A DNA stretch of 64,000 nucleotides. It comes from Candidatus Nanosyncoccus sp. (GTDB lineage: Bacteria > Patescibacteriota > Saccharimonadia > Saccharimonadales > Saccharimonadaceae). The stretch spans positions 34,546 through 98,545 of the forward strand of contig JAZNPY010000002.1 in assembly GCA_045589895.1 (NCBI GenBank), written 5' to 3'. The notes under the pieces were generated by a model. The model did not search any database. It had not been told where the DNA came from and saw only the letters and a list, made by a program, of their open reading frames with translations. Shown in pieces: positions 39,259-49,540 of the stretch; the stretch's first letter is position 1; every line of letters starts with the position of its first letter. The translations under genes were made by a program, and so were the position numbers.

Positions 39259-40041
39259 TTATGAATTATAAGAAACAGTATCGAGAAGTTTAAAGAAGTC
39301 TTCTTGGAAAATCATAGCATCGGTCTGGATAATGGCGGCTTTATCGCGAATTTTAATCATGGCGAACATGCCCTGAAGCTTGTTGTCGAGAAGACCAGTG
39401 TAAATATTAACGTTGCCGCCGCCAACTTGACGAACGGAAATAGAAAGCTTGCCATCCTTCACGTTTTTTTCAAAAGATTGAGCGACCGTATCGTAAGATG
39501 AATCATAGATGATGACGCGTAGAGCGTTAATACTATCCTTGCCGACAGGGTTAACTGCAACTGGATTGAAGTAGGCTTCGTAGTCTCCACCAGAAGTAGC
39601 ATCCTTAGCGATATAGAGACTCCAGGTTTTCGGATATTCAAAAGAAAGTTCACCATAGTCGGCCGGGCCAGCGAAAGTCTTGTACGGAGATTTTTCACGC
39701 TCGGCAAAATCCTCTTCGAGTTTAACGGTATTATCATTAACGGCAATCGCAACAGCTTCCTGAACCTGACCATCAACATTGTTCTGGGCTTCGGACCAAC
39801 GCACGTACATCCAGATGAAGAGACCGATGAAAGTCACTGCGGCTAAGGTAGAGACAATAGCTAGTACCATGAGCCAACGTGGAGAGTGGCTTTCGTTGCT
39901 AGTAACCGCGGCGGCAGTAAGGTTATTCGGACTAGTCTGCGGAGGTAGGGCGCTGCCAGCACTAAAAACTGGGGTGGTGGCGTTAGCACTGCTAAATTGG
40001 AAAGTTTGATTGGGCTGGGTCTCCCCAAAATTATTATCCAT
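39259..40041 (-). CDS. Hypothetical single-pass membrane protein (possible PsbP-like domain)
   Basis: Disordered N-terminus, one TM, coiled segment, SFEYPKTW-type domain. Confidence 0.65.
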   Translation of the reverse strand: MDNNFGETQPNQTFQFSSANATTPVFSAGSALPPQTSPNNLTAAAVTSNESHSPRWLMVLAIVSTLAAVTFIGLFIWMYVRWSEAQNNVDGQVQEAVAIAVNDNTVKLEEDFAEREKSPYKTFAGPADYGELSFEYPKTWSLYIAKDATSGGDYEAYFNPVAVNPVGKDSINALRVIIYDSSYDTVAQSFEKNVKDGKLSISVRQVGGGNVNIYTGLLDNKLQGMFAMIKIRDKAAIIQTDAMIFQEDFFKLLDTVSYNS

Positions 40042-40055
40042 GGTTTTATTATAGC

Positions 40056-40262
40056 TTATGCTTCTTCTTTTGAAAAGTCCTGATTTATGACTTCAATTTT
40101 ATTTTTTAGATTTTCAAGATCTTTTTGAATATCTTTCGCAAGCTCAACGGTGAAACGATATTTATCTGGAGCCTTCTCGAGTACAAAGTCTTCACCATAA
40201 AACCATTCGACGGCTTGATTTAAATCTTCAATTTTTTGATTGATGGATTTTTTTTCGGTCAT
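40056..40262 (-). CDS. xseB: Exodeoxyribonuclease VII small subunit
   Basis: 68-aa helical ORF directly after xseA. Confidence 0.8.
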   Translation of the reverse strand: MTEKKSINQKIEDLNQAVEWFYGEDFVLEKAPDKYRFTVELAKDIQKDLENLKNKIEVINQDFSKEEA

Positions 40263-40263
40263 A

Positions 40264-41427
40264 TTATTCCCTTTCTTTAACTGCTTTAATTTCGGCAGTA
40301 ATTTCTTGCTTTTCTGTTGTAATATTTACAACACTTCCAGGACTAATTTTGCCCGATAGGATGGCATAACCGTGAGATAGAACATGCTCTGGATTTAGCC
40401 CATCGAGAATTCTTAGAGTATGTTTGACGTCATTTTCGATTCTTGAAATTTCTTCAGAAATTTTGCGATTAATATCAGAAAGATAGTCGACAATTTTACT
40501 CGATAGGGTTTCGAGGTGACGACGAAAAGTTGCATTGACCGAATGGACCTGCGAATTCAAACGATTCTCCTCGGTTGCGATGCGCTGCACGAGACTAGAA
40601 TGAGTATGAGAAACAAGTTTGCTAAGGTTGGCTATCTCAGCCTTGCGATCCTTAGTCAACATTTCAGCACAGTTGCTAGGTGTGGAGGCGCGAAGGTCGG
40701 CGACGAGATCAGCAAGAGATTCGTCGACTTCATGGCCAATGCCGGTAATGACCGGAATGCGTGAAGCAGCAATACTGCGAGCAAGCAATTCGTCGTTAAA
40801 ACACGAGAGGTCGTCGGCCGAGCCACCGCCACGAATAATGGCAATGACTTGAACTTCAGCGTGTTCATTTAAATAATTTAAGGCTCTGATGATTTGATCC
40901 GGAGCGGCAAGCCCTTGAACCTGAGTATGACAAACTTGAATATCGAGTCCGCCCCACCGGCTATTAATAATTTTACAAAAATCAGCATAGCCGGCAGCAC
41001 CGGTGGATGAAATGACACCAATTTTGGTTAAATCTTTAGGGAGTGAACGTTTTTTAGCTGGGTCGAAGAGGCCTTCTTTTTCGAGCTTTTTCTTTAATAG
41101 CTCGTAACTCTTCTTAATACTACCTTCACCGACTGGCGAAATTTGACGAACAGTAAAAGAAAACTTGCCCCAATTTGTAATTTTTGGTGCACCTTTGACC
41201 ATAACTTTCATACCGTCTTCGAGCTCAATTCGCAAATCCCAAATCGGCATAAAACAGCTGATGCTGCCATCTTCGTCTTTAAGATCAAAAAATACCCATT
41301 TATTCTGGTTGACTTTAAATCCGGAAACTTCGCCCTCGATAATGCAGCTAGAAAAAGAGTACTCAAGTTCCTGGTTGCAGATGGCAATAAACTCGGAGAC
41401 AGAAAGTTTTGTATCCTCGTTAGTCAT
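40264..41427 (-). CDS. xseA: Exodeoxyribonuclease VII large subunit
   Basis: IEGEVSGFK, IGVISS..AAGYAD, RGGGSADDL.CFN, TGIGHEVD, ASTPS. Confidence 0.96.
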   Translation of the reverse strand: MTNEDTKLSVSEFIAICNQELEYSFSSCIIEGEVSGFKVNQNKWVFFDLKDEDGSISCFMPIWDLRIELEDGMKVMVKGAPKITNWGKFSFTVRQISPVGEGSIKKSYELLKKKLEKEGLFDPAKKRSLPKDLTKIGVISSTGAAGYADFCKIINSRWGGLDIQVCHTQVQGLAAPDQIIRALNYLNEHAEVQVIAIIRGGGSADDLSCFNDELLARSIAASRIPVITGIGHEVDESLADLVADLRASTPSNCAEMLTKDRKAEIANLSKLVSHTHSSLVQRIATEENRLNSQVHSVNATFRRHLETLSSKIVDYLSDINRKISEEISRIENDVKHTLRILDGLNPEHVLSHGYAILSGKISPGSVVNITTEKQEITAEIKAVKERE

Positions 41428-42496
41428 AAAAATTCTGCTCGTTTATACGTTCTATCTCGGCTTTGTCTTTGCGACCAATTTTTGAGATAGCGTGTTGGTA
41501 AAAACCATAACCAGAAGTAACAGTGCCAAGCAAAACTACGATACGTGTAGTAATGACGACAGCAGTAGCGAGGCCGGTTTCGACGCCAAGTGCAGACATG
41601 ATAAAGATCATCGCACCCTCGTAACCACCAACGCCCCCAGGAGTTACTAATACTGCACCTACGACAGAGCCAATGGCTTCGGCAACCATGACCTGAGGCA
41701 AGATTTCTGGATGCCCCATACTAATGCCAACAATCCAATAGGTAGCAACTTCGAGAAAGCTATAAATAATACCCCAAACAATCGGCCGGCGAATGATACG
41801 GCGATCTTTTTTTGCTTCGAGGAGATCCTTATGGATATCAAGAAAATACGCATGGACGGTTTCATCTTTAATTACCTGCTTTTTGTGACCGAAAGTAATT
41901 TTTTCAACGAACCAGTTGATAAATCGCGAAGATTTTTTAGCAAAACTATCTATACGTTTGCGACTGCTGGCAATAATTACAAGTGCAACAACAAGTGCAA
42001 TTACGGCGACACAAGTCGCACCGACTATACCAAGCATCCAGATTGCACCCGAAGTAAGTCCGCCCAGGAAGAAGAGTACAACAATTGCGATAATTGTTTG
42101 GATCTGATTAGCAAGAACAGTAATAACATAGCGAAGGAGATACATAAAACTGGTCTGGCCAGGAGTAGCGCCATAAGGTTTTAATCGCCAGGCAATATAA
42201 CCAAGGCCAGAGACGCCGCCGGATGGAACGGCATGGTTGACAAAATTGAGCTCGAGCGAAATGCGCATTAGATCCCATTGGCGAATCTTTTTGGCGTCTT
42301 TTTTTGCTGCCATGTATGAGAAAAACATCTGACCGCAGCAATAGTACATAAATAACTGCTCAGGGATAAGTAATAGAATGACTACGATATTAGTCTGACC
42401 AAGAAAAGTGAAGGCCTGAAAAACTTGGTCACGAACATTCCAAATAACAAAAACTAACAGAATCAAAGTGATGACCGACAGGATTTTCCTAAACAT
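41420..42496 (-). CDS. Lysylphosphatidylglycerol synthase TM-domain / flippase-like protein (UPF0104)
   Basis: NHAVPSGGVSG, TPGGVGGYEG, multi-TM. Confidence 0.85.
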   Translation of the reverse strand: MFRKILSVITLILLVFVIWNVRDQVFQAFTFLGQTNIVVILLLIPEQLFMYYCCGQMFFSYMAAKKDAKKIRQWDLMRISLELNFVNHAVPSGGVSGLGYIAWRLKPYGATPGQTSFMYLLRYVITVLANQIQTIIAIVVLFFLGGLTSGAIWMLGIVGATCVAVIALVVALVIIASSRKRIDSFAKKSSRFINWFVEKITFGHKKQVIKDETVHAYFLDIHKDLLEAKKDRRIIRRPIVWGIIYSFLEVATYWIVGISMGHPEILPQVMVAEAIGSVVGAVLVTPGGVGGYEGAMIFIMSALGVETGLATAVVITTRIVVLLGTVTSGYGFYQHAISKIGRKDKAEIERINEQNFYD

Positions 42497-42531
42497 AAGA
42501 TTATTATAGCATATTCTGGTATAATAATTAC

Positions 42532-43629
42532 ATGGAATATTTAGCAGTTCTAGGTAGGCAGCCAGAAATTTCGCTGGCGGAGCTTCGGGCGCAATTTCGA
42601 AAAGTCTCGCGAGTAAATGATTCTACGGCGACTTTCGAGTCCGACGAGGTACCAGATTTGTCACGTTTTGGCGGCAGTTTAAAGTTTGCTAGCAAATTAA
42701 CTACCTCACCACTAGAATACTTATCACATCTGCCGGAAGGTAAAATTACACTCGGAGTTTCAGACTATTCACGACGCGGATTGGCACGATCGGCTCAGTC
42801 CGAAGCTCTGCGCCTGAAAAAAATTTTGAAACGACATGAGCGGAGCGTAAGAGTTCTGCCAAATACTGCAGCAACGATTTCGACGGCCGCGGCGCATCAT
42901 AATTTCTTGGGCGAAAAGCCCTGTCGAATCGAATTGTTATTGGTGGACGGAAAATGGTTTACGTCGCTCGGTGCACAAAATATTACTGCCTATGCTAAGC
43001 GCGATCAAGCGAGACCTTTCCGCGATGCCAAAGTCGGAATGCTACCGCCAAAGTTGGCGCAGATTCTAATTAATCTTTGTGGCAAATTGCCGGATGAAGC
43101 ACGAATTTTAGATCCGTTCTGTGGGACTGGAGTAGTACTGCAAGAGGCATTATTGATGGGGTACAGGGCTTACGGTACAGATTTAGAGCCACGGATGATT
43201 GAATATACAGAGAAGAACTTGACTTTTCTAGAAAAGTATAGTATAATTAAGAGATGGGATGTCGCTGTGGGGGATGCGACAAAATTTACTTGGGACTCGC
43301 CGATAGATGCGGTAGCCTGCGAAACTTATCTTGGACCACCGATGTCTACGCCGCCAGTGGAGATAAAATTAAAATCGGCAAAACAGGAGTGTGGTGGGAT
43401 TTTGCTTGGGTTTTTGAAAAATGCTTCTAGTCAGCTTTCTTCCGGTACGCCATTAGTACTAGCGATTCCGGCCTGGCTGCGTCCAGACGGGTCATATTCA
43501 CGTCTGAATTTGCTTGACAAAATAGAGGAGCTGGGCTATAATGTAGAAAAGAACTTTGGGTCTGACTTGTTGTATGCGCGAGCGGGACAGGTTGTGGCTC
43601 GAGAAATAATAATATTAAGGAAGAAATAA
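42532..43629 (+). CDS. Trm11/TrmG10-like SAM-dependent RNA methyltransferase
   Basis: MLPPKLAQILIN, LDPFCGTG, GTD, DAT. Confidence 0.8.
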   Translation: MEYLAVLGRQPEISLAELRAQFRKVSRVNDSTATFESDEVPDLSRFGGSLKFASKLTTSPLEYLSHLPEGKITLGVSDYSRRGLARSAQSEALRLKKILKRHERSVRVLPNTAATISTAAAHHNFLGEKPCRIELLLVDGKWFTSLGAQNITAYAKRDQARPFRDAKVGMLPPKLAQILINLCGKLPDEARILDPFCGTGVVLQEALLMGYRAYGTDLEPRMIEYTEKNLTFLEKYSIIKRWDVAVGDATKFTWDSPIDAVACETYLGPPMSTPPVEIKLKSAKQECGGILLGFLKNASSQLSSGTPLVLAIPAWLRPDGSYSRLNLLDKIEELGYNVEKNFGSDLLYARAGQVVAREIIILRKK

Positions 43630-43630
43630 G

Positions 43631-43903
43631 ATGTCACATGTTAAAGCAGGTGGTAGTTCAAAAAACATCCACAATAACGCTGGCCAACGCCTAGGCGTGA
43701 AGCGCTTTGGTGGTCAGAAAGTCCGCAATGGTGAAGTACTCGTGCGTCAGACTGGTAGCACCAAGATTGCTGGTCCTGGTACTTATATGTCTCGTAACTT
43801 TACGATTCATGCTGCAAAAGATGGTATCGTTACTTTTGTAAAGACGAAGAAGACCCATTTTTCAGGCAAGTCTGTTCCTCGCGTACGTGTAGAAGTACGT
43901 TAA
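43631..43903 (+). CDS. rpmA: 50S ribosomal protein L27
   Basis: SHVKAGGSSKN..GQRLGVKRFGGQ, LVRQ. Confidence 0.97.
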   Translation: MSHVKAGGSSKNIHNNAGQRLGVKRFGGQKVRNGEVLVRQTGSTKIAGPGTYMSRNFTIHAAKDGIVTFVKTKKTHFSGKSVPRVRVEVR

Positions 43904-43921
43904 GTAAATATTTTACATTAT

Positions 43922-43954
43922 AAAAAAATAACCCCTTAAAGGGGCTATTTTTTT
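43922..43954. terminator. Bidirectional intrinsic terminator
   Basis: A-run, TAACCCC-TTAAA-GGGGCTA, T-run. Confidence 0.75.
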
Positions 43955-43956
43955 AG

Positions 43957-45762
43957 CTAGGCCTTGAGTGCATCGGTATTGGCGATTAGGCGCTCTTTGA
44001 AAGCGACACGAGCTTTGTCTACATTCTCATTATCACCTTTCCAGGCAAAAAGTGCTGGATCTTGAAGTGCGCGGGCAAACGAGAAAGTAACTGGCCATGG
44101 GAAGGGACCGTTTCTAAGGATCGCACGAAGGTTTTCAGTGGCCTGCTCGACGGTTTGACCGCCAGATAGGAAAACTACGCCAGCCAGAGTTTCTGGCACA
44201 TGCGCCCTGAGAATATCTGCAGTAGCACGACCGACTTCTTCGGTAGTACTTTGGATTGGGTATTGCTTACCAGCAAGAATCATATTACATTTTAAGATGC
44301 AGCCGTCCAGTCTGACATTGGCCTTCGAAAGTTCATCAAAGAGTGCATCGAGAACTTTGCTAGTAACATCAGCGCATTGTTCAATAGTGTAATTACCATC
44401 ATAAACAACTTCCGGTTCGACGATTGGAACAATATTAGCTTGCTGACAAGCTTTAGCGTACTTAGCTAAGATCTCGGCATTCTTGGTAATAGCCATCTCG
44501 CTAGGGGTATCATTCGTGACTTCAAAAGCAGCGCGCCACTTTGCAAAACGCAATCCCTGCTGATAATAATCATCTAGGCGTTTAGCTAGGCCATCTAGCC
44601 CTTCAGTGTATTTTTCATTAGAATCGGCAAAATTTACTAGACCCTGATCAACTTTGACACCAGGTATAATGCCATGAGCAGTGAGATAGGCGACAAAATC
44701 ACGACCATCGTCGGACATTTGTCTAGTGGTCTCGTCAAATAAGATTACACCGTTGATATAACGTTCGAGTTCAGGAGTACCGATAAAGATATTACGGTAA
44801 TCGCGGCGATGCGGTTCGTCGTCTGGGATATTAAGCTGCTCGAATTTTTTATGGATAGAACCGCCAGATTCATCAGCGGCAAGAATACCCTTGCCCGCCG
44901 TCATCAGCTGAGCGGCGACTAGGTTAATGTCGGCTTCTACGTCGTCGTAGTTTTTGGCTAGATTTTCGAGCTTTTCGAGTGAAATTGTACCAGAAAGCGA
45001 GGAATTTTCAACGTTGAGCTTGGCTAGTTTCAGGGCCTCGCGAACAGATTTGCCGTAAAGTAAATAACTAAAGACTGAGGCAGCAATAATAGAATGCGTG
45101 GTGGAACGAGTCATGAGATCGGTACGTTCAACTCGCCAATTTTGAGTAACTTCTCCGAGAACAATCTCGCTATCAGAAATTTCACAGACGGAACCAGGGC
45201 GCTTAATGTCGTGGCCGAGTTTGCCATCTACAAAGAGCATGCTGGCAATATCAAGAAGTGGCTTTTCGGCTTCAGTGAGATTCTCGGAAACATAGGCAGC
45301 CACACGAGTATGTGAAGACATAGAAAGGAAATTTTTGATTTCTCTAACTAGGTCCGGGGTAACGCCGGCAGAATGGTCAACGTAAATCCAGTCGATTGCT
45401 TCGCTAGGGTTTGCCCAGACAGTATCTTCACGATCGTTAGACGTGAGATAGGCGATTTTATTACCGCGGCAAAGAATATAGCGATAGCCAGCAGCAATCT
45501 GGTCGTTCGGAACGACTTCACCACCAACGAAACCAAGACGGGCACCAGCGATATGGGCATCATGACCAAAACGGTTCATAACTTCGAGAGCAACCGCTGC
45601 ACCGCCATAGATAGAAGAGCGGCGAAAGAAATTGTAGTTACTGCCATTAAAAGCGAAATCTAGCCAAGGAGTTCCCTGCTCGTCGATTTCAAAATTGTTT
45701 AGTCTCTCGTCCAACCGAAGGTAGACGTCTTTAAAGATATTCCCAACTATAAGCACATTCAT
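43957..45762 (-). CDS. Fusion: degenerate PfkB-like domain plus class I fructose-bisphosphate aldolase
   Basis: C-terminal about 330 aa: KGILAADES, GVKVD, AKWR, IVPIVEPE, ILKCNM, FLSGGQ, FSFARAL. N-terminal about 270 aa resembles the ribokinase fold. Confidence 0.88.
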   Translation of the reverse strand: MNVLIVGNIFKDVYLRLDERLNNFEIDEQGTPWLDFAFNGSNYNFFRRSSIYGGAAVALEVMNRFGHDAHIAGARLGFVGGEVVPNDQIAAGYRYILCRGNKIAYLTSNDREDTVWANPSEAIDWIYVDHSAGVTPDLVREIKNFLSMSSHTRVAAYVSENLTEAEKPLLDIASMLFVDGKLGHDIKRPGSVCEISDSEIVLGEVTQNWRVERTDLMTRSTTHSIIAASVFSYLLYGKSVREALKLAKLNVENSSLSGTISLEKLENLAKNYDDVEADINLVAAQLMTAGKGILAADESGGSIHKKFEQLNIPDDEPHRRDYRNIFIGTPELERYINGVILFDETTRQMSDDGRDFVAYLTAHGIIPGVKVDQGLVNFADSNEKYTEGLDGLAKRLDDYYQQGLRFAKWRAAFEVTNDTPSEMAITKNAEILAKYAKACQQANIVPIVEPEVVYDGNYTIEQCADVTSKVLDALFDELSKANVRLDGCILKCNMILAGKQYPIQSTTEEVGRATADILRAHVPETLAGVVFLSGGQTVEQATENLRAILRNGPFPWPVTFSFARALQDPALFAWKGDNENVDKARVAFKERLIANTDALKA

Positions 45763-45787
45763 GCTTTGATTATACCATAGTCTGTAT

Positions 45788-45817
45788 AAAAAATATCCCC
45801 TTTCGGGGATATTTTTT
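45788..45817 (-). terminator. Intrinsic terminator after rplY
   Basis: A-run, ATATCCCC-TTTC-GGGGATAT, T-run. Confidence 0.8.
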
Positions 45818-45824
45818 ATTAATC

Positions 45825-46502
45825 CTACTCAGATTTTTCTTCTGGTTTAGAACCATTATCAGCAGGAACATCAGTGGCGTCAGTTTCTCCTTCGGCAGCT
45901 GCCTTAGCATCTTCAGCTTCACGAGCAGCAGCTTCAGCGGCTGGATCGTAGACGATGGCGATAGCCTGGTCAGCGGCAAGCTCCTTATCAGCGAACTCAA
46001 CGCCTTTTGGTAAAACAATGTCGGCGACGGTAATTTTATCTTCTACGGTTGCAAGTTTCGAAGCGTCAATCTCAATCTCTTTTGGAAGATCGGCTGGTTT
46101 TGCTTTAACCTCAATTTCTTCCATAATCTGAGAAAGGACGAAGTGGAACTTTGTAGCCTCAGAATTTTCGTAGCCTACTAGTACGATAGGAGTAGTAGCT
46201 TCGACCGCCTTATTTGCGGAAACTTCTTGAAATTCGATATTGTCGATGCGACGAGTGACCGGATTAAGGTCAATTGCCTTAACGATAGCCATATGACTTT
46301 TACCGTCAACGGTTAAATCGATAGTGGAGTGATAGCCGGCGGCTTTTAAGACTTTTTCAGTCTCATTATAAGCGGATTGTGCAAGCATCGGTTCGCCCTT
46401 ACCACCGTAGATGACCGACGGAATTAGGCCATCAGCACGCAAGCTGGCAGTCTTTTTACCAGAAACAGTGCGCTTTTCTAGAGATAACTTATTTTCAGAC
46501 AC
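45825..46502 (-). CDS. rplY: 50S ribosomal protein L25 / Ctc
   Basis: LRADGLIPSVIYG, Ctc-type C-terminal domain; GTG start. Confidence 0.95.
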   Translation of the reverse strand: MSENKLSLEKRTVSGKKTASLRADGLIPSVIYGGKGEPMLAQSAYNETEKVLKAAGYHSTIDLTVDGKSHMAIVKAIDLNPVTRRIDNIEFQEVSANKAVEATTPIVLVGYENSEATKFHFVLSQIMEEIEVKAKPADLPKEIEIDASKLATVEDKITVADIVLPKGVEFADKELAADQAIAIVYDPAAEAAAREAEDAKAAAEGETDATDVPADNGSKPEEKSE

Positions 46503-46607
46503 AGTAATATAATCCTTGTTATTAGTTATTAACTTACTTCCAACTATTATAGCACAGTTTTTTGTTTTTGGCTAGTACTAATCACAAATTGAACCGAAAG
46601 ATAAAAG

Positions 46608-49484
46608 TTAAGCTTTTAGATATTCTTTGAGATATCTTCCGGTAGGGGTTTCAACATTTTTTGCAAGTTCCTCTGGAGTGCCAGTAGCTATAACGGTACC
46701 ACCATTTTGACCACCTTCTGGCCCCATATCAATAATATAATCAGCAGATTTTATGATATGGAGGTTATGTTCAATAATAATCATAGAATTACCACCATCG
46801 ACAAGTTTATTTAAGATTTGGAGGAGTTTTTTGACATCGGCAGTATGAAGACCAGTAGTCGGCTCATCCAAAATATAAAGGGTTTTACCGGTCGAGCGAC
46901 GGCTGAGTTCGGTGGCGAGTTTAATACGTTGGGCCTCACCACCAGAAAAAGTGGTAGCTGGTTGACCAAGACGGATATAGCCAAGACCGACTTCTTGGAT
47001 GGTTTTAAGCTTTTCAGCAATTTTTGGAATATTTTCGAAGAATTCTACGGCCTCATCGATAGTCATATTGAGAACCTCGGAAATATCTTTGCCTTTATAT
47101 TTAATTTCTAGAGCTTCGCGATTATAGCGTTTACCATGACAAGTTGGACAAGTAACATAGACATCAGGAAGAAAATGCATCTCAATTTTGTTAACGCCGT
47201 CGCCCTGACAGTTTTCACAGCGACCACCCTTAACATTGAAACTAAAACGGCCGGCTTTATAGCCACGAACTTCAGCTTCTGGCTGAGCGGCAAAAAGCTC
47301 GCGGATAGCATTAAAAACGCCAGTATAAGTTGCAGGATTAGAGCGCGGCGTACGACCGATTGGCGATTGGTCAATCACAATACACTTATCAAGATTCTCG
47401 ATACCTTCAATCTCATCATGTGCTCCGGAAACGGTCTGAGCGCGGTGGAGCCGAGCAAGGAGTTCGTTCGCGAGAATATCATTTACGAGTGTCGATTTAC
47501 CAGATCCAGACACGCCAGACACGACCGTCATAACGCCGAGCGGGAATTTTACGTCGATATTTTTTAAATTGTTTTCACGTGCGCCTTTAACAATTAGAGC
47601 TTGGTCCTTTTTCGGTTGGCGACGTTTCTTTGGGGTATCAATTTTAGCTTTACCACTAAGATATTTGCCAGTTAGTGACTCTGGGTTGTTCATGATTTCT
47701 TCTGGCGTACCGGCAGCAACAACTCGACCGCCGTTTATTCCGGCACCGGGACCGATATCGATTATGTAGTCGGACTGAAGCATAGTATCCTCATCGTGCT
47801 CGACAACTAAAACGGTATTTTTGAGATCGCGAAGATGTTTTAAGGTTGCAATAAGTTTGTCGTTATCGCGTTGATGAAGACCGATAGAAGGTTCATCAAG
47901 AACATAAAGAACGCCCTGCAGGCCGGAGCCAATTTGGGTGGCAAGACGAATACGCTGCGCCTCGCCACCAGAAAGTGTGTTTGCAGCACGACCGAGCTCC
48001 ATGTAACCGAGCCCGACGTCCTGCATGAATTTTACGCGCTCTTTGATTTCTTTGATAATCGGTGCGGCAATTTGATTTTCTTCGTCGGTAAATTTTAAAT
48101 CTTGGTTTAGGACCTGCAAAGTTTGATCAACGTCGAAATTGCACATATCAACAATATTTAAATCGTGGACCGTAACTGCGAGAACGACTGGCTTTAGACG
48201 AGCGCCGTGACAAGTTTGACATTCTTTTAGACGCATGAAGCGCTCAATATCTTTTCTAATGAAATCAGAGTCGGTTTCACGATGACGTCGTTCTAGAGTC
48301 GGGATCACACCTTCGTAGGTCGATTCGTAAGTGGCACCTTCAGACCATTTGCCAGTACCTGAAACCTTGACCTGATATTTTTCATCACCAGTGCCGTATA
48401 AAATCAAGTGCTTAGCTTCGGGACTGAGCGCACGAATCGGCTCGTAAACTGAAAAACCATGTTTTTCACCAACGACCTTTAGACGTTTCAGCCACCAAGA
48501 ATCCTGATTAACACGGTTGAATGGACGAATACCGCCTTCGGCAATAGTGAGGTTTTCGTTAAAAACTAGGTCGGGATCGATTTCCATGCGAGTGCCAAGA
48601 CCGGTACAAGTCGGACAAGCACCTTGTGGAGCGTTGAAAGAGAAAAGGCGTGGTTCAAGTTCTGGAATTAATTCATCGGGATGATTTGGGCAGGCATAGC
48701 GCTGGGAAAAAGTGTAGATTTCATTTTTAATCTCCCCTTTTTGATCTACGGCAGTAGAGTTGTCGGTGATTTTTAGAAGCGTGATGATTCCCTGTCCGAG
48801 ATCTAGAGCCTGCTCAACGGAACTAGCAATCCTGGATCTTAGATCGGGACTAAGAATAAAGCGGTCAACGACGATTTCAATATCATGTCTTTCCTGCTTC
48901 TCTAATTCTGGAAATTCATCTAGGGCGTAAACGATACCATCAACGCGAACACGCGAGAAACCTTTGACTATGTACTGGTCCGGGATGTGTTGGAATTCAC
49001 CTTTTTTCTGCTGAACGATTGGAGCAAGCAGCATGAGCTTGGACCCTAGCGGAAGTTTCATAACTTCCTCAACGATATCTTCGGTAGTTCTTCTTGATAC
49101 TTTCGAATGACAAATTGGACAATGTGGCACGCCGACACGAGCAAATAAAAGGCGGAGATAGTCGTAAACTTCGGTTACCGTAGCAACGGTGGAGCGAGGG
49201 TTACGAGAAGTAGATTTTTGATCGATAGAAATTGCAGGACTGAGGCCAGTAATCGTATCAACATCTGGCTTGTCCATTACGCCGAGGAACATACGAGCGT
49301 AGCTACTTAGCGATTCAACATATCTGCGCTGACCTTCGGCGTAAATAGTGTCGAAAGCTAAGCTCGATTTACCAGAGCCAGAAAGTCCGGTTAAAACTAC
49401 GAGCTTATCGCGCGGAATATCAACATCGATATTTTTTAGATTATGTTGACGCGCACCACGAATGCAAATTTTGTTATCGTCCAC
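46608..49484 (-). CDS. uvrA: Excinuclease ABC subunit A
   Basis: [18 protein letters not shown], two ABC cassettes, zinc fingers. Confidence 0.99.
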   Translation of the reverse strand: MDDNKICIRGARQHNLKNIDVDIPRDKLVVLTGLSGSGKSSLAFDTIYAEGQRRYVESLSSYARMFLGVMDKPDVDTITGLSPAISIDQKSTSRNPRSTVATVTEVYDYLRLLFARVGVPHCPICHSKVSRRTTEDIVEEVMKLPLGSKLMLLAPIVQQKKGEFQHIPDQYIVKGFSRVRVDGIVYALDEFPELEKQERHDIEIVVDRFILSPDLRSRIASSVEQALDLGQGIITLLKITDNSTAVDQKGEIKNEIYTFSQRYACPNHPDELIPELEPRLFSFNAPQGACPTCTGLGTRMEIDPDLVFNENLTIAEGGIRPFNRVNQDSWWLKRLKVVGEKHGFSVYEPIRALSPEAKHLILYGTGDEKYQVKVSGTGKWSEGATYESTYEGVIPTLERRHRETDSDFIRKDIERFMRLKECQTCHGARLKPVVLAVTVHDLNIVDMCNFDVDQTLQVLNQDLKFTDEENQIAAPIIKEIKERVKFMQDVGLGYMELGRAANTLSGGEAQRIRLATQIGSGLQGVLYVLDEPSIGLHQRDNDKLIATLKHLRDLKNTVLVVEHDEDTMLQSDYIIDIGPGAGINGGRVVAAGTPEEIMNNPESLTGKYLSGKAKIDTPKKRRQPKKDQALIVKGARENNLKNIDVKFPLGVMTVVSGVSGSGKSTLVNDILANELLARLHRAQTVSGAHDEIEGIENLDKCIVIDQSPIGRTPRSNPATYTGVFNAIRELFAAQPEAEVRGYKAGRFSFNVKGGRCENCQGDGVNKIEMHFLPDVYVTCPTCHGKRYNREALEIKYKGKDISEVLNMTIDEAVEFFENIPKIAEKLKTIQEVGLGYIRLGQPATTFSGGEAQRIKLATELSRRSTGKTLYILDEPTTGLHTADVKKLLQILNKLVDGGNSMIIIEHNLHIIKSADYIIDMGPEGGQNGGTVIATGTPEELAKNVETPTGRYLKEYLKA

Positions 49485-49540
49485 TCTATTTTCCTCTGCT
49501 TTTTAGTTCGATATATTATACATCTTTTCTCGGAAAAAGT

